Source of the DNA: Vicugna vicugna
Lineage: Eukaryota
Assembly (NCBI GenBank): GCA_013265495.1
Contig: MU058217.1
Location: 62,001-126,000, forward strand
DNA length: 64,000 bases
Direction of reading: 5' to 3'
The notes under the pieces are model-generated. The model saw only the letters and a list, made by a program, of their open reading frames with translations. It ran no database searches and was not told where the DNA came from. Below, piece after piece: positions 1 through 13,988 of the stretch. Position 1 is the stretch's first letter; every line of letters begins with the position of its first letter. The position numbers and the translations under genes are program-made.

Positions 1-177
<177 letters not shown>

Positions 178-1061
178 TGAAGAGAATGTGTTAATGAGAA
201 AGAAAGAGACAAAGTAAGAATATAGCATTCATATTTTAACAGAGATGATATTAATTTATGCCCAAATCCTAATTATAAAATAGGACTTCAAGAGGAGATA
301 TTTATATTAAGCAATTTGTAAGGGTTGAGGGAGAAAAGAAAAGCTCCAAATAACCCACCTTACTTGATAGCTGCAAAGAATATCCAGTAGAAAATCTAAT
401 TAACAGCATGATAAATATTCCTCTCCCTCTAGAAATGCACATGATCAAGTGTTCCCAAAAACCAAACAGAAGTCTTTGATCGCAACTGACTCATTCACTC
501 ACTAGCAGTGTCATCAGCAGGGGCTTATCCCTGTGCATTTGCTGTAGCAGACTGGGGTGTGCTGGAAGATTCTCCAGATTCACTTTTCCTGGTTGTTCCC
601 CATTCTTCCAGACACAATGTGTAAAGTAGGAAGGAAGGAAAGGGAACAAGAAAGGGAGAGGCACAGAGGCGTACTTTCTTCCTGGCCCCATGTTTTCCTA
701 TCTCTGTTAACCAGAGTCAAAACACACGGCAAAAAAATTTTAAGTGGGATTTTCCCAAAGTCATCATTTGAACTTACACTTACTTTCTAAACGCCGTGGG
801 TGTTCATGGGCTCTTCTTCCTTGCCATGCAGGCCACACATTGTCAGTGGATTTCATGTAAATACGGGCTTGACAAAATGAGCTTGTCTTTTCCATTTCAA
901 AACTTTTTTTCTTTCATTCTTAAGAGTGAAAAATGTAACTGAAGTTACAAATCTGTCTGAATTTGAAGTCAGAGATGGCAAACAGACCATAAGAAGGAAA
1001 TAACTGAGTTGAGGAAATAATCCTGTTTGGGGACAAGTGCAACGAGAAGTACAAAGTCTGA

Positions 1062-1238
<177 letters not shown>

Positions 1239-1331
1239 ACACACCTGCCTGATGCTGCCAAGGGGCTGAAGAAATGCACAAAATGTGCTATTTTGGGTCA
1301 CTTGCTTTGCAATGTTTTTCTCTTAATGTTG

Positions 1332-1337
1332 AATAAA
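1332..1337 (+). terminator. MYH8 poly(A) signal
   Basis: AATAAA about 95 nt after the stop codon. Confidence 0.8.
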
Positions 1338-1654
1338 TAGAAACTACAGTGAACTTGGACCAGACTATCATTTTTAATTTCTAAAATTATTTCTCACACA
1401 TAGTTCTCACCTAGTTATTTTTAAAATATAATGTATGGCTTTGCAGAACATTCAATATTTGTACCTCCCTCACCACCCAGCATCCCCTTTCTCATCTCCA
1501 CCCCGACCCCCAACACACATACACACATACACACACACAATTCTTTTCCTCAACTTGATTTTATTAAATCTCTCAAGTGTTAACAGATTTCTCAGGAAAA
1601 CACTTCCTGAGGCTACCCCTTCAGACAGGACCCTCTTGTGTACCCACTTCACAA

Positions 1655-2430
1655 GTTGTTACTGAGCATCTATGTGCTGGATACTGTTCTAAGCTCTATG
1701 GGGGCAGCAGTGAACAAAGCATAGTCCCTGCCCTCTGCGAGCTTATATTTCACAAGGAGAGAAAGGCAGTCAACAAATAAGAAGCTGTGTAACGTATCAG
1801 ATGGTAAGTGCTGATGAGAAATAAAAAAGCAGGAGGGAGGCAGTTAGTACTTTGCAGAGAGTAGTCAAGGAAGGCCCCATTAATAAGAAGACATTTGAGC
1901 AGAGACCTGAAGGAAGCAAGAGAGTAAGCCGAGTGAGTGTATGATGGCAGAGTGTATCCAGGCAGAGGGAACAACAGAAAATGCAAAGGCCCTGAGGGAG
2001 GGGCAGCTTGGCATGTCCCAGGGACAAGGAGGAAGACAGCAGAGCAGAGAGTAAGCAAGACAATTATGATGTAAGAGTGGAGCCTGGGAGTCCAGAGATC
2101 ATGTAGGGCCTGAGGGCCACCTGAGGACTTCTGCCTTTACTCAGAGTGAGATGGGAAATCTTTGGAGGGTTTTGAGCAGAAGAGTGATACTAACATGCAT
2201 TTTAGAAGAATCACTCTGACTACCGTATTGAGAATAGACTGAAGAGGGCAAAGGTACAAACTGGGAGACCAGTTAGGAGCCTACTTAAAAAAAAAAAAAA
2301 AAGCAAAAAACGACAGTGCCTTAGACCAAAGAGACAGCATTGGGAGATGATGAGAAGCAGAACGATTCTAGATGTGCTGTGAAGGCAGCGCACGTAGGGT
2401 TTTCTGATGGATAGATTAGATGGATGAGTG
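1655..2430. mobile_element. LINE-2 remnant
   Basis: L2-like motifs (actgagcatctatgtgctgg, ggagggttttgagcag, ggagaccagttaggag); boundaries approximate. Confidence 0.65.
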
Positions 2431-2689
2431 GGTCAGAGAGAGAGAAAAAACTTATGAAAAGAGGAAGAATAAGACAAGAAAGATTTGGTGCAGTATAAAC
2501 ATGAGGAGTTTAGTCTTTAGAAGGAGAGGAGGAAGTAGAGCAAAAATGCAACCTAGACAAAATCTGCATTTTATGCACTCCTGTGCCTCTTCTACCTTCC
2601 ACCATCCACTCTCCCCTGCCTCCCAACCCCTATCAGCCTCACCTTACAGTGCAAACTGCACAGGCCACAGTCTCAAAAATGTCTGAAAT

Positions 2690-3890
2690 GAATAATAAAA
2701 GTTTAAAACAAAAAATTTCAAAATGCTCTACTAAATAAAATTTTGGATCAAAAAGGAAACCAAAAATATAATCATAAAAATTTCTGGAAGTAAACACAAG
2801 AGTAAATCTTTGTGACCTTGGTTTACACAAAGATTTCCTAGATGCCCACATCAAAAGCAACAAGAAAAACTGATAAACTGAATTTCATCAAGACTGAAAG
2901 TTTCTGCACTGCTAAAGAGAATGAAAAGACAAGCCACCGACTGAGTAGAAGTACTTGCAAATTATATCCCTGATAACAGACCTGTGTCCAGAATATGTAA
3001 AGAAATCTAAAAATTCAATAAAAAGAAAACAAATCATCCAATTTTTAAAGAGGCAAAAGATTTAAACATTTCACCAAAGAAGACATACAGAGAGCAAACA
3101 GGCACATAAAAAATGCTCAACATCATGAGTCATTACGAGAATAATAATTAAAACATAATGAGATATCACTATACACCTATTATAATGGCTAAAAGTCCAG
3201 GTGTTGGCCAAGAGGTGGGGGAACTAGACCTCTTGTATCTAATAGCAATAATGTAAAATGGCACAACCACTTTGGGAAACAATTTGGCAGCCTTTCAAAA
3301 AGTTAAGAAATTATCCGTTTGTTGCAGTCATTCCACTCCTAGTTATTTACCCAAGAGAACTGAAAACATATGTCCACGCAAAGACCTTAATACAAATATT
3401 CATAGCGTATTTACTTGTAATAGCACAAAACTGAAAACAACCCAAATGTCCAACAGCAGGTGAGTGGATAAACACATAGTGGTAAATTCACATTATGTAA
3501 TACTATACTACTCAATGACAAAAAGAAAAACTATTAACACAGACAAAACATGGAAGGATCACAAAATAATTATGCTAAGTGAAAGCAGTCAGACCAAAAA
3601 AAAAAAGTGTAGACACTATTATTCCATTTATATAAAATTCTAGAAAGTAAAAATGAATCTCTAGTGACCAAAAGTTGACTAGTGGTTGCCTAAGGATGGG
3701 AGGTAGGGTTTATGAGAGGCACAGAAGGATAGTAGGACATGTTACAAAGGGCTAGGAGAAAACTTTGGGGGATAATGGACATGTTCTTTATCTTGATTCA
3801 GATGACTGTGCCACAGTGTATACATATGTGAATACTCTTTAAGTATGTACAGTCTGTTATACATCAAATAGACCCATAAAGCTGTTATAG
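2690..3890 (+). mobile_element. old L1M 3' fragment
   Basis: A-rich decayed ORF2/3'UTR motifs (aaaagacaagccac, atgctcaacatca, aaacaacccaaatgtcc); approximate. Confidence 0.7.
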
Positions 3891-3909
3891 CTTTGTAGTG
3901 ATCAAAATA

Positions 3910-4870
3910 GTGTGGAATAGGCTCAAAAACAGACATATGGATCAATGGAACAGAATAGAGAGCCAGAAATAAACCCACACACCTACGGTCAACTAATCTT
4001 CAACAAAGGAGGCAAAAATACACAATGGAGAAACAACAGTCTCTTTAGGAAGCTGTGTTGGGAAAGCTGAACAGCTGCATATAAATTAATGAAGTTAGAA
4101 CACCCCCACACCATACACAAAAATAAACTCAAAATGGCTTAAAGACATATTTAAGACATGACACCAGAAAACTCCTAGGAGAGAACACAGGCAAAATATT
4201 CTCTGACATAAATCATATCAATGTTTTCTTAGATCATTCTCCCAAGGAAATAGGAATAAAAGCAAAAATAAACAAATGGGACCTAATAAAACTTAACACG
4301 CTTTTGCGCAACAGAGGAAACCATAAATGAAACGAAAAGACAACCTAAAGACTGGGAGAATATATTTGCAAATGATGCAGCTGATAAGAGCTTAATTTCC
4401 AAAATACACGAATAGCTAATACAACCCAATAACAAAAACATCAAACAACCCAATCAAAAAATGGATAGAACACCTAAGCAGACATTTCTACAAAGAAGAC
4501 ATCCACATGGCCAAGAGGCACATGAAAAAAAGATGCTCAACATCGATAATTATTAAAGAAATGCAGATCAAAACTATAATGAGACATTACCTCACACCGG
4601 TCAGAATGGCCATCATTAAAAAGTCTACAAACGGTAAATGCTGGAGAGGGTGTGGAGAAGAGAGAACCCTCCTACACTGTTGGTAGGAATATAGTTTGGT
4701 GCAGCCACTATGGAAAACAGTATGGACGTTCCTTAAAAAACTAAAAATAGAGTTGCCATATGACCCAGCAATCCCACTCCTTGGCATACATCCGGAGAAA
4801 ATTCTAATTCAAAAAGATACATGCACCTCAATGTTCACAGCAGCACTATTCACAATAGCCAACACATGGA
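3910..4870 (+). mobile_element. younger L1 ORF2 3' fragment
   Basis: ORF 4696..4953 [32 protein letters not shown] is the L1 ORF2 C-terminus. Confidence 0.9.
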
Positions 4871-5974
4871 ATCATATCCCAGTTGTGTGCATGTTAAAAA
4901 AAAAACTGTGTATGTGTTTAGAAACATGGGGGGAAAGGTGTAAAAGTACATAAACCAAAATTTAGGTAGAGATTACCTCTATGTTAAAATTTCAAGAGTG
5001 ATTTAAATGTTTCCTTCGGTATATTTGATTATATTTTTCAGTCTTTCTACAATGCGTGCCTTACTTTTGGAATTTTTTTTTAAAGACTCATATTTTTAAA
5101 ATACATAAATAAAAGGAACCCATTCCTTAAGAGTATTTCATATCCACGTCTCAACAAAAACATGGATATAACTGACAACAGAAAGGTGAAGAGAGGGTCA
5201 TTTGATGAATGAGGCCATTAGCACAACTGCTAAAAGCTGCTGCCTTTCATCCAAGCTTTCCGTAGGGATTAACATTCCGGGGCTAACAGAGCAGCTGTCA
5301 GCAAGCAAACTTAAATTCTGCCTCCTGGCTGTGACAGGGATTTGGGGACATGTTACACACACCAGTGTCCCCAGGCACCTTCACTGCGGACTTGGTCGGT
5401 CACATTTTCCTAAGTGGGAAGCAAAAAAATCAGCTATGGGCAGATGGAAAGAGCCTTACTTAAGGATGGAAATTACCAGCCTGATTCCTCCTTCCTGCCT
5501 CCAAAGACCACCAAGACGCTGCTTCCTGAGTCCATGAGAGAAAAAGGAAGTCTTCCCTGATGAAGGAGAAAAACCTTACCCTTGGGGAATACACCCAAAT
5601 CAGGGCTTTTCTTAGATTATAGTACCCTGACCTTCACAAGATGGGGGACTATTTTCCCAGCTCCTAACAAAAACTATGGCTGATGGTTCTCTCGAGGAAA
5701 ACTGAGGTTAAACACCAAGGGAGCCCTCAAAATATGAAAAATATTGCTAAGAGCACGAATGGGAAAGGTGGTACCTTTTGAGCAACAGAATCATAATTTT
5801 TTCTAGAATATTCTGAAAAATAATTCAATTGATAGCCACAAATTTTAGCACCCAAAACGGATTTAGCCCAATATATTACATAGGTATATGTATAGACAAT
5901 GTAATAACACTTATATATACACTGAGAAACTTCAAATGGAATTTGGCGAGTTAAGAATTTTCAAAAATTTACAT

Positions 5975-6340
5975 GTGGTCCCGTTACGTCAAAAGCCGCG
6001 AGTTCAAATTCCCTCACCGCGTCCGATTTCACACCCTCCCACCACACACCGTTACTCTCTGGAGTCGCGAAGCTGACAAGGAAGGCCTTCCTCTCTCACA
6101 AACTCGCAAACGCACACTCACTGGCCAGCTCCCACCACCGTCTCCAGGCTCCTTCCAATCATGGCGCGAGCACTTCCGGCCTTTTATTCCGGCCGGCTCG
6201 CTCCTCCCATGATGCCCTGGGGCGCACCGGAAGTGATTCCTTTCCTCGCTGGGAAATTGAAACCAGGTGTTTTCTCTTGTAGCCATTGGGCGTTTCTATC
6301 AAAGCCCACAGCTGCTGATTTTTCCTGCGTTGTGAGTACT
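5975..6340. promoter_or_regulatory. CpG-rich promoter-like element (candidate antisense lncRNA promoter)
   Basis: Local CpG enrichment; ETS/GABP sites CACTTCCGG 6171..6179 and CCGGAAGTG 6227..6235; CCAAT 6155, ATTGG 6285; YY1-like ATGGCG 6161; TTACGTCA 5984. Confidence 0.65.
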
Positions 6341-6569
6341 GTGACCCACCCACCCACCGCCCCCACCCCTTACCAGATCGTAAACTGAGAGATCTAACTT
6401 ATCCCCAGTGCCTGGAACAGTGTCTTTATAAGCCATTTGTTAAATGATCAGCAGATGTTCACTAAATTGTTTTTGTTTGACAGAATGAAGCAAAGCTGGG
6501 TAGAAAAAGAGCTGATAAAAGGGCCAGCCCACAGCACAGAATAAGGAAGAATAAAGTTGCCTTTGTAAT

Positions 6570-7095
6570 AACAGCCGGCATTTAAAACTTAAAATCCTTA
6601 CCTTTGTTTACAAGGCTCTAACCATCTGGCCCCTGGCGGCCTCTGCCGCTTCTTACTACTTACTGTATTCCTTGCTCCTTTCACTCCTGCCCTACCGGCC
6701 TTTATTCCGTTCCTGTGCAGGCACGTTCCCCTCCCAGAGCCTTTGCATTTGTTTCCTCTGCCTGGAATACTGCCCCCTGTTGAAATCCCCCTGGCTCACT
6801 CCTTCACAAAGTGTCTGCTCAAATATCGCCTCTTCAAAGAAACTCCCTTATCGAACTATTTAGACACTGCACAGCCACTGTTTCCTCATCCTAATTTTCC
6901 TTTCCTTCAGAGCATTTGTCACTAATGGACGTTAGAGATCTGTGTGTTTGTTGTCTGTCTCCACATACACACACACTAGAACAGAATTCCCACAAGGGCA
7001 GAGACTTTGCCTGTTCTGTTCCCTACCGCTTAAAATCCTCACAGTAGGTAGTAAGCCCTCAGTGAATGTTTAATGAATAAACGATTGAATGAATG
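6570..7095 (+). mobile_element. LINE-2 3' remnant
   Basis: cctttgcatttgtttcctctgcctggaat ... ends in tgaataaacgattgaatgaatg tail. Confidence 0.65.
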
Positions 7096-7189
7096 CATGC
7101 TCACTGTTACTGGCTCTGGCTCTGAGCGTGACAGATTCAAAATTAGTAATTTCACATGTGCTTCCAAAAAGTAGCCTACCATCAATTCA

Positions 7190-7370
7190 TTAACTCAGTT
7201 GTCACAAGGACCCTAGGAGTTAGATATTGTCGTTATCCCCATTTTACAGATGAAGAAACTGAGGCTCAGAAAAATTGAATAATTTGCCCAAATTCACATA
7301 ATTTAAATAATAAAGTTAGGATTTGAACCCCAGTATTCTGAATTTCAAAGTCCATTGTTAGTTACTACAT
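7190..7370 (-). mobile_element. MIR SINE
   Basis: core atccccattttacagatgaagaaactgaggctcaga. Confidence 0.8.
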
Positions 7371-10300
7371 TATCCTGTGGATATTAGCAATGTAAATATA
7401 CATTTTGGCTATGACCAGCAAAGGATGTATCTTTTTTTATAGGATACATGATTTTGGACCCCAAGAGTAGTAATTAAAAGTAATTGGTCATGCTTTTCTT
7501 AGTTCTAATGAGGTTTTAAGCAACTGAAGCAACCAAAACACAACTAATAGACAAAAAGGGGCAAATGGCAGAGACCTTAACTCTCACAGGCATCAGTCAA
7601 GGTTATAAGGCCAGACAGAGAAGTCTGTAGTTTACTGAGCAATTTCATCTCTGAATACAATGTTCCCAGGCCATGCAGACTCCTTCTCCATGTTGTTTTC
7701 AGAGAAGGATGCCTGGTTTGTGTGTAATTCTGAGAAGCGTGTATAATTCTGAGAGCATTAGTGTCTTACAGGATCTTGCAAAGCCAGAAGCAGCTGTCTT
7801 GGAGTGAAAAGACAAACCGGACTTGGAGTCGAACTGAACTTGTTCTAGCTCCCACTCTGCCACTTACTAGCTGTATGATTAGTCCTTTAATCTTGCCAAG
7901 CCTCAGTTTTCCCACCTGTAAAACTGATAAATCTATCTCCTCTTTGAGATTTTAAGGAAAATCAGTTTAAATAATGCTCTGGATAATCCCCTATCAACTT
8001 TTCGCTTTGCAAAATTTTAGTGTGTAAATGCTAGCAGTGAAGAAAGTTATGTATTGCACGTGAGAGAATGAGAAGGGGGTCTACCTAAATAATTAGCATT
8101 AAATAGGTAAACTGCCCAGAACCTCAGTTTCTGATTCTGGAAGGTCAGGGTTAGATTAGGTAATATTCAAGGCCCCCTCCAGTTCTGGAATCTAATATTC
8201 TCACTCAGCTTTTTAAATTAGGCAATTAGATACAAATTTGTGTCATTCATTAATGTACCTGTACTGTGATGTTTGCCCAGAAATTTCTGTTTCTGGCTGG
8301 GGAACTTCTTGCTGCTTTTTGAAATTCCATCTGTCATGTAAGCTCTTAGATAGTCGTGCAGGGTAAGGTATGATCCTGCTATCAGCACAATTAATTGCCC
8401 TTGCTTCTCAAGTAGCCCTCTGAGGAATGACCTTGATTACACTTGTTTCCTAGTCCTCGCTATCTGGCCTGCCTACTGCTTTCTCCACCCAATTTCCTCT
8501 GAATGCATCTTATATAGTGATCGGTGGGGAGATTTGCTCCTAGGGAAATCAGGAAAACGCTTTCCTCCTCCTTAACACCTGCCCTCCTTAATCCTTGCCT
8601 TCAGAGCTTCCACCCCCACCATCCTGCTGACATTAACGTCAGATTCACCTCTCTGACCAACCCAGTGCCCTTTTCCTGGTCCTCCTTTTCTCCATCTTCT
8701 CTGTAAAGCTTTTATAATATCCTCTCTCTTGAAAATACCACCTCCCTTGACTTCTTTTGACACTAATAAAGTTCCCTTCACTTTAGAGTTGACAAAATGA
8801 TTTTGTAACAAGACTGGAGAAAACTCTCATTGACACACCTCCTCTCAGGCTTGGGAGAGATGGGATGATGGTAGAGACACGTGCATTGTGGACCACAGGA
8901 TGGTGGTGGGATAAAGATGGAGCCCCTAAAAGGAAATATGTGAGTAAAAATATTGGTCACCAAACTGTCTAAGGATGAAAATGCTCTTCTTTACTTGAGG
9001 ACTTTTGTTGAGTAACCAGATGAGCAGGAATGCAGGTCTGTGGCAGAGTTAAGTGGCTCCACACAACAGAGAAACAACACAGCACCAGTAGGGGTTGAGG
9101 GGAGATATCTAAGCAGAAAAAGGAAATAAACCACCTGCATCAGTGTGAAAGAAAATGGACTTTGTAGAGCTCACATTTCTGATGGAAACTTCGAATACTT
9201 TACTCTATGGTATGGAATATAATCCTCTTCTAGTCTCCTCCACAAAATCTTCCGTCAAGTCCACATTGCTCATATTTTTTGTGCTAATGGATTATTGAGC
9301 ACAAGGTTGACACAGACCGAAACATACTGTTAGGCAAGGGCTGGAAACAGATTGCTCACAGAGAACTACCACTAGACAGTATCTCACTGGATCCCCAAAC
9401 TATCCTCATGACTTGGGCAGAAATAGAATTATCTTTCTGGTTTTGCAGCTGAAGGGGAAAATAACACAGTTGCCAAGAGAGGTGATGTGACTTCCCACAG
9501 TCAGTAAATGGTAGAAGTGAAATATAGATGCATCGGGCTCTTCCAACTCCAACAAGATCTCACTCAGGTATTTACTTACCCACAGAATGACCCTTTTTCT
9601 TCACCCTTTCCATCTTCATTTCCTCCTCCCACATCTTAAACATGCAGCCTTTCTCTGAGAACTCAACCTCCCTAATAAGTTCAGCTGTCACCTCCATATG
9701 GGTGACACCCCCCAGCCCCCACCCCCAACAAACACACACACAGACCTGTATCTTCGGTCTTGACTTCTCCTGTAAACTCTGAACCTTTCTCTCTACCTAC
9801 TGATGGGACATCAGCATCATTTCAACCTCCATCTGTCCAGAATCTAAACTCTTCTTTTCTCCTTCTGTATGTCCCCTGGGCTGCTGTCATGCCCTTAGAT
9901 TTCCAGGCTGAAATGAGGGCTGGATGAAGGGCAGGATTCGCTGTTTCCTCCTCCTTCCTCAAACCCAGCAGTCACTAGTCCTGTGGATCCTGACTTCAGG
10001 GCATCCCTTGGGTTTTCTCTTTACTTTTATTTTTTTAAACATTTTTTATTGAGTTATAGTCATTCTACAATGTTGTGTCAAATTCCAGTGTAGAGCACAA
10101 TTTCTCAGTTACACATGAACATACATACATTCACTGTCACATTCTCTTTCGCTGTGAGCCATCACAAGATCCTGTATATATTTCTCTGTGCTACACAGTA
10201 CAATCTTGTTCTCTTTACTCATTTCTGTACTACTTAATCCAGACCCTCTCCATCTGACACCATGATTATTTTTGGTATTCAGTGCAAGTAGATATTACTT

Positions 10301-10757
10301 TCATTTTTAATATATATCGAGTGGATTTTAATATGCTGATATACCATAGGTGGGGCTTCAAAAAATAAGCCTAGAGCTCAGAGAGGTCTTATATTGGCCC
10401 AGCATATTCCCTTCACCTCCCAGGGTTCTCATTACTCCTAAATGGGACAATGAGGCAGAAAACTTCAAGCCCACACAACACTCTTCTGCAATCTGCACAA
10501 TGGACTCGGAGACCCAACAGCACAACGACTGTGAAAGCCAGCCCTCTGGTGCTAATTGAGAGTTTTAACCCAGATCTGAATTCACAGGGACATCCAGGAC
10601 TTAATTCTAACTGTTTAACTGCCCACCAACCCCCATAACTCATATCAGAGCCTGTGTAATCATCTCAGCAAGTTTTACACTGAGATACTTTAAATAGGTG
10701 CTAAGTGGTTCTAGGACTCCAGGTTCTCCCTTCTCCAATATATCCTATCATTAGTTC

Positions 10758-10811
<54 letters not shown>

Positions 10812-10862
10812 TGTGTATATAGAGAGAGATATATATGTATAGATATATATAGATACATATAT
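10758..10862. repeat. compound (TA)n(GA)n microsatellite
   Basis: directly visible. Confidence 0.95.
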
Positions 10863-11944
10863 TTACTTTTCTGCTCAAAAACCTTGCAACGTTCCCCAGT
10901 GATCTCAGAATGATGTCCTGACTCCTTCCCTGGGCATTGGCAGCCTGTCAGAGACAGGCTCAGCCCACTTCCCCAGCCTCACTTCCATATAACCCCCAAC
11001 CCCACCCCAACCCTGCCGGGTCCACCTTCCTGAAACACACCCTCGGAAGCCTTGTTTCTAACCACAGTCCCTAAGACCCTAGCCTAATGTTAACTTCATG
11101 GTCTGAAATGTGTAGCTATCAAGCGGATTCTTTAGCAGACTAAATCTTTCGTCACTGAAGTGTTCTGAAATTTATCTTGATGTTTAAAAGAAAAGTTCTC
11201 CCTTAAAGTAACTTTCATCTTCTGGGATCTACTTTTTAAACTTTCCATCCCCTGTAGTTATCAACTGCATGTACCAAGCCTCTAGAAGGTAGTAACAGAA
11301 CTAGTAATAGATTGTGGCAAACAGTAATAGGCCTCCCTGTTCTCTTAAGTCTGCTTCCTTCAAGAGAGAGAAGAGGAAAGGGGGAAAAGTCAGTCTTGGG
11401 ATCAGCAACCCAGCATGTCCGTTCTGCCTCTGTTTCATACTAGCTGTGGGTCCTTTTGATCCATCACTTAACCCCCTTAGGCCTCAGTTTCCCCATTTGG
11501 AAAATGGGAATAATAATGATATAAATAGTATAACCCCCTAAGACTTACAGAGAATATTAAATAATAAAATATACAAAAATGTTATGTAAAGTGGAAAGTA
11601 CCACGAAAAGGTTATTATTATCTCCACAGTCACCACTCCCCTTCAGATCTCTTTTCTCTTCCAAAGCAATGTCATTATCATTAAAAACAACTCTGATAAT
11701 ATTGTACATACACAGTATACCTCATGGGTTTCAGGTGCATGGTACACACCTCTAATCCTCTATGAAGTGCACTCATCTTGGACTTAAGTTAACCTTGGAG
11801 AAGTTCTTTATCCTTTTCATGTCTATGTACTCTCTCCCTGTGCCCATTATCACCTCCTTTGGAGCAGTATCCCTATGTCGTGTCTTCATTCCCTGTTGCC
11901 AGCACTGAAAAGTGATGGGCTTGCAAAAGTAAAAGGTTATAGGC

Positions 11945-12165
11945 ATTGGCTCTAGAGCCAGAGAGGATTTGAATCCCATTTCTGCCACTTACTAGCTGTG
12001 TGGCCTTGGGCAAGTTACTTTAAACTCTCAGTGGCCCAATTTCTTTGACCATAAAAATGGGAATGATATTAGCACCTACCTCAAAAAACTTTTATGAAGC
12101 TTAAGTGAGCCAATCTGGATAAAGACAATATGGTGCCTGGTGAGTTCTTAATAAATGTAAACTAT
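11945..12165 (+). mobile_element. MIR SINE
   Basis: gaatcccatttctgccacttactagctgtgtggccttgggcaagttactt. Confidence 0.8.
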
Positions 12166-13506
12166 TCTATGAAGTGAGACTGAGTCTGTTCTTTTCTGCC
12201 TTATCAGTCCAGCCCTCTTTTCAACACAGATTCCCCATACATCGTCTTGATTTGCTCATTCACAGGAACAAACCTTACTGAGCGTCTGCTACATACGAAA
12301 GGCTGTCCCTTGAATCAGAGCAGCTGTGTTTATGCCTCATAGCTCTCTGTTGCTTTCTTCTAGGCCACATGGTGCTAAGAAACAGAGACAACTTCCATGT
12401 GGATTGCAGCCTTCAGCCTTCTCCTCTTGTTTTCTAGAGCAGAGAGTAAGATGGTGTTCCAACATCAAATCACCAGGTACAAAAAAGTTCTTCATAATTC
12501 TTTACCGAAAGGCTTCTCAGATTCCTTAACATGCTCATATTTATGGTGAATCTCAACAGGGGACAGAGTTGACCACATTTCCTGAACTCATTTCACCATG
12601 GGAACTTTTGATTTCTCTCAGAATCAGCATCCCATCAAATCTACTTTGGAAAGTGCTGTGTGGAAGTCCTGTTCCTATGTCTTCCTCTTCTGCCCACAAT
12701 GTCACTTTGAGTAATGCAAACTGTCCTTTGAAAATGCCTCACCTACATAAGACTACCCACTGGAAGACTGGAGAGGGAATTTTTTTTTTAATTGAAGTGT
12801 AGTCAATTTACAATACTGTGTTAGTTTAAGGTGTGTAACAAAGTGATTCAGTTATTTTTTTCAGATTATATTGCATTATAGATTATTATAAAATATTGAA
12901 TATAGTTCAGTAAACATTGATCATGTACAACGTAAAAAAGTCAGACCATATTTTGTCAACGGCTCTAAATTCTACAATGTACTGTTGTTCCCACATATTC
13001 AAACATCACTTATTTAGTACAATCTATTACTATTTCTATTACTATTTTCTAGAGGCATGATATTGATAACCCCCAAGCAAACATAAGAGTTGTCACAAAG
13101 ACAGTGTATTTTCAATAGACCCCTCTAGAACTTCATTGGGCATTTAGTGACTCAACTTTGTAATCTGTTTCCCATTCTAGAGCAGATTAGAAAAAGCAAA
13201 CTCAGGCTAGTAGAGGCAAACACACTGCAACCACAGAAAGAATTACAGCTGAGTATTTTGCCATGAAGGTGAAAATGTGAAAACTAGAAAGGAGACACAA
13301 AAATTCATAGCAATCAAGGAACAATTAGTGCAGGGCAAAATCCATGAAGAAGCTATTAAATCCCTGACAACTTCATTCCAGCACTTCCCGGACCCCTGAG
13401 TGATGCAGGAAAAGATAAATTCTATTCAAGATACTAGATTAAATAAAACAAGATAATACGTAATACATTTTAGAAAAGTTTTCCATCTACAATGGATTTT
13501 TTTTAA

Positions 13507-13937
13507 CTAAAAATAAATAAGTAAGAATGGAGGTGTTACATGGCCAATTGGATGTTTTCCAGAAATTTCTGAGAAGAAGCACACACTGTCTCATGTTTAC
13601 ACTGCGGGGTAAATAAGATGGAGTTAGCATCCGTGCTATTGATCACCCATTGCTTGACAACTCCTCCTGTCGCTCTGCCCTTCGCTGACCTTCTTAGCAC
13701 ACTCTGCCCCAGTTCCACTCAGCACCTAGGACTCTTTAAGTCTCAAAGATCTGTGTCCAGCATCAAAATCCCTAGGCAGCTGACTTGGCATTATCAGCCT
13801 CCGCTGGTCACTTATCCAAGTAACTTAACAAGAGTGAGAGATCAGGGCTACGACGCATTTACATCTAATGAGTAAATGGTTCTCCCCCAAACAGAGCCAA
13901 GTCAGAATGCTGGGCTAGCAGATTCAGGACGTATAAA
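13507..13937 (+). promoter_or_regulatory. MYH13: MYH13 proximal promoter
   Basis: MEF2 consensus CTAAAAATAA 13507..13516; CCAATTGG 13544; E-box CAGCTG 13777; TATAAA 13932..13937, about 50 nt before a consensus splice donor. Confidence 0.7.
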
Positions 13938-13959
13938 GGGAGCTGGGGGGCCACACTCC

Positions 13960-13988
13960 TGAAACTGCTCTGACCGCATCATCGCAAG
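13960..13988 (+). other. MYH13: probable MYH13 non-coding exon 1
   Basis: Start inferred at about 28 nt after TATA; ends AAG|GTAAGT at 13989. Confidence 0.6.
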
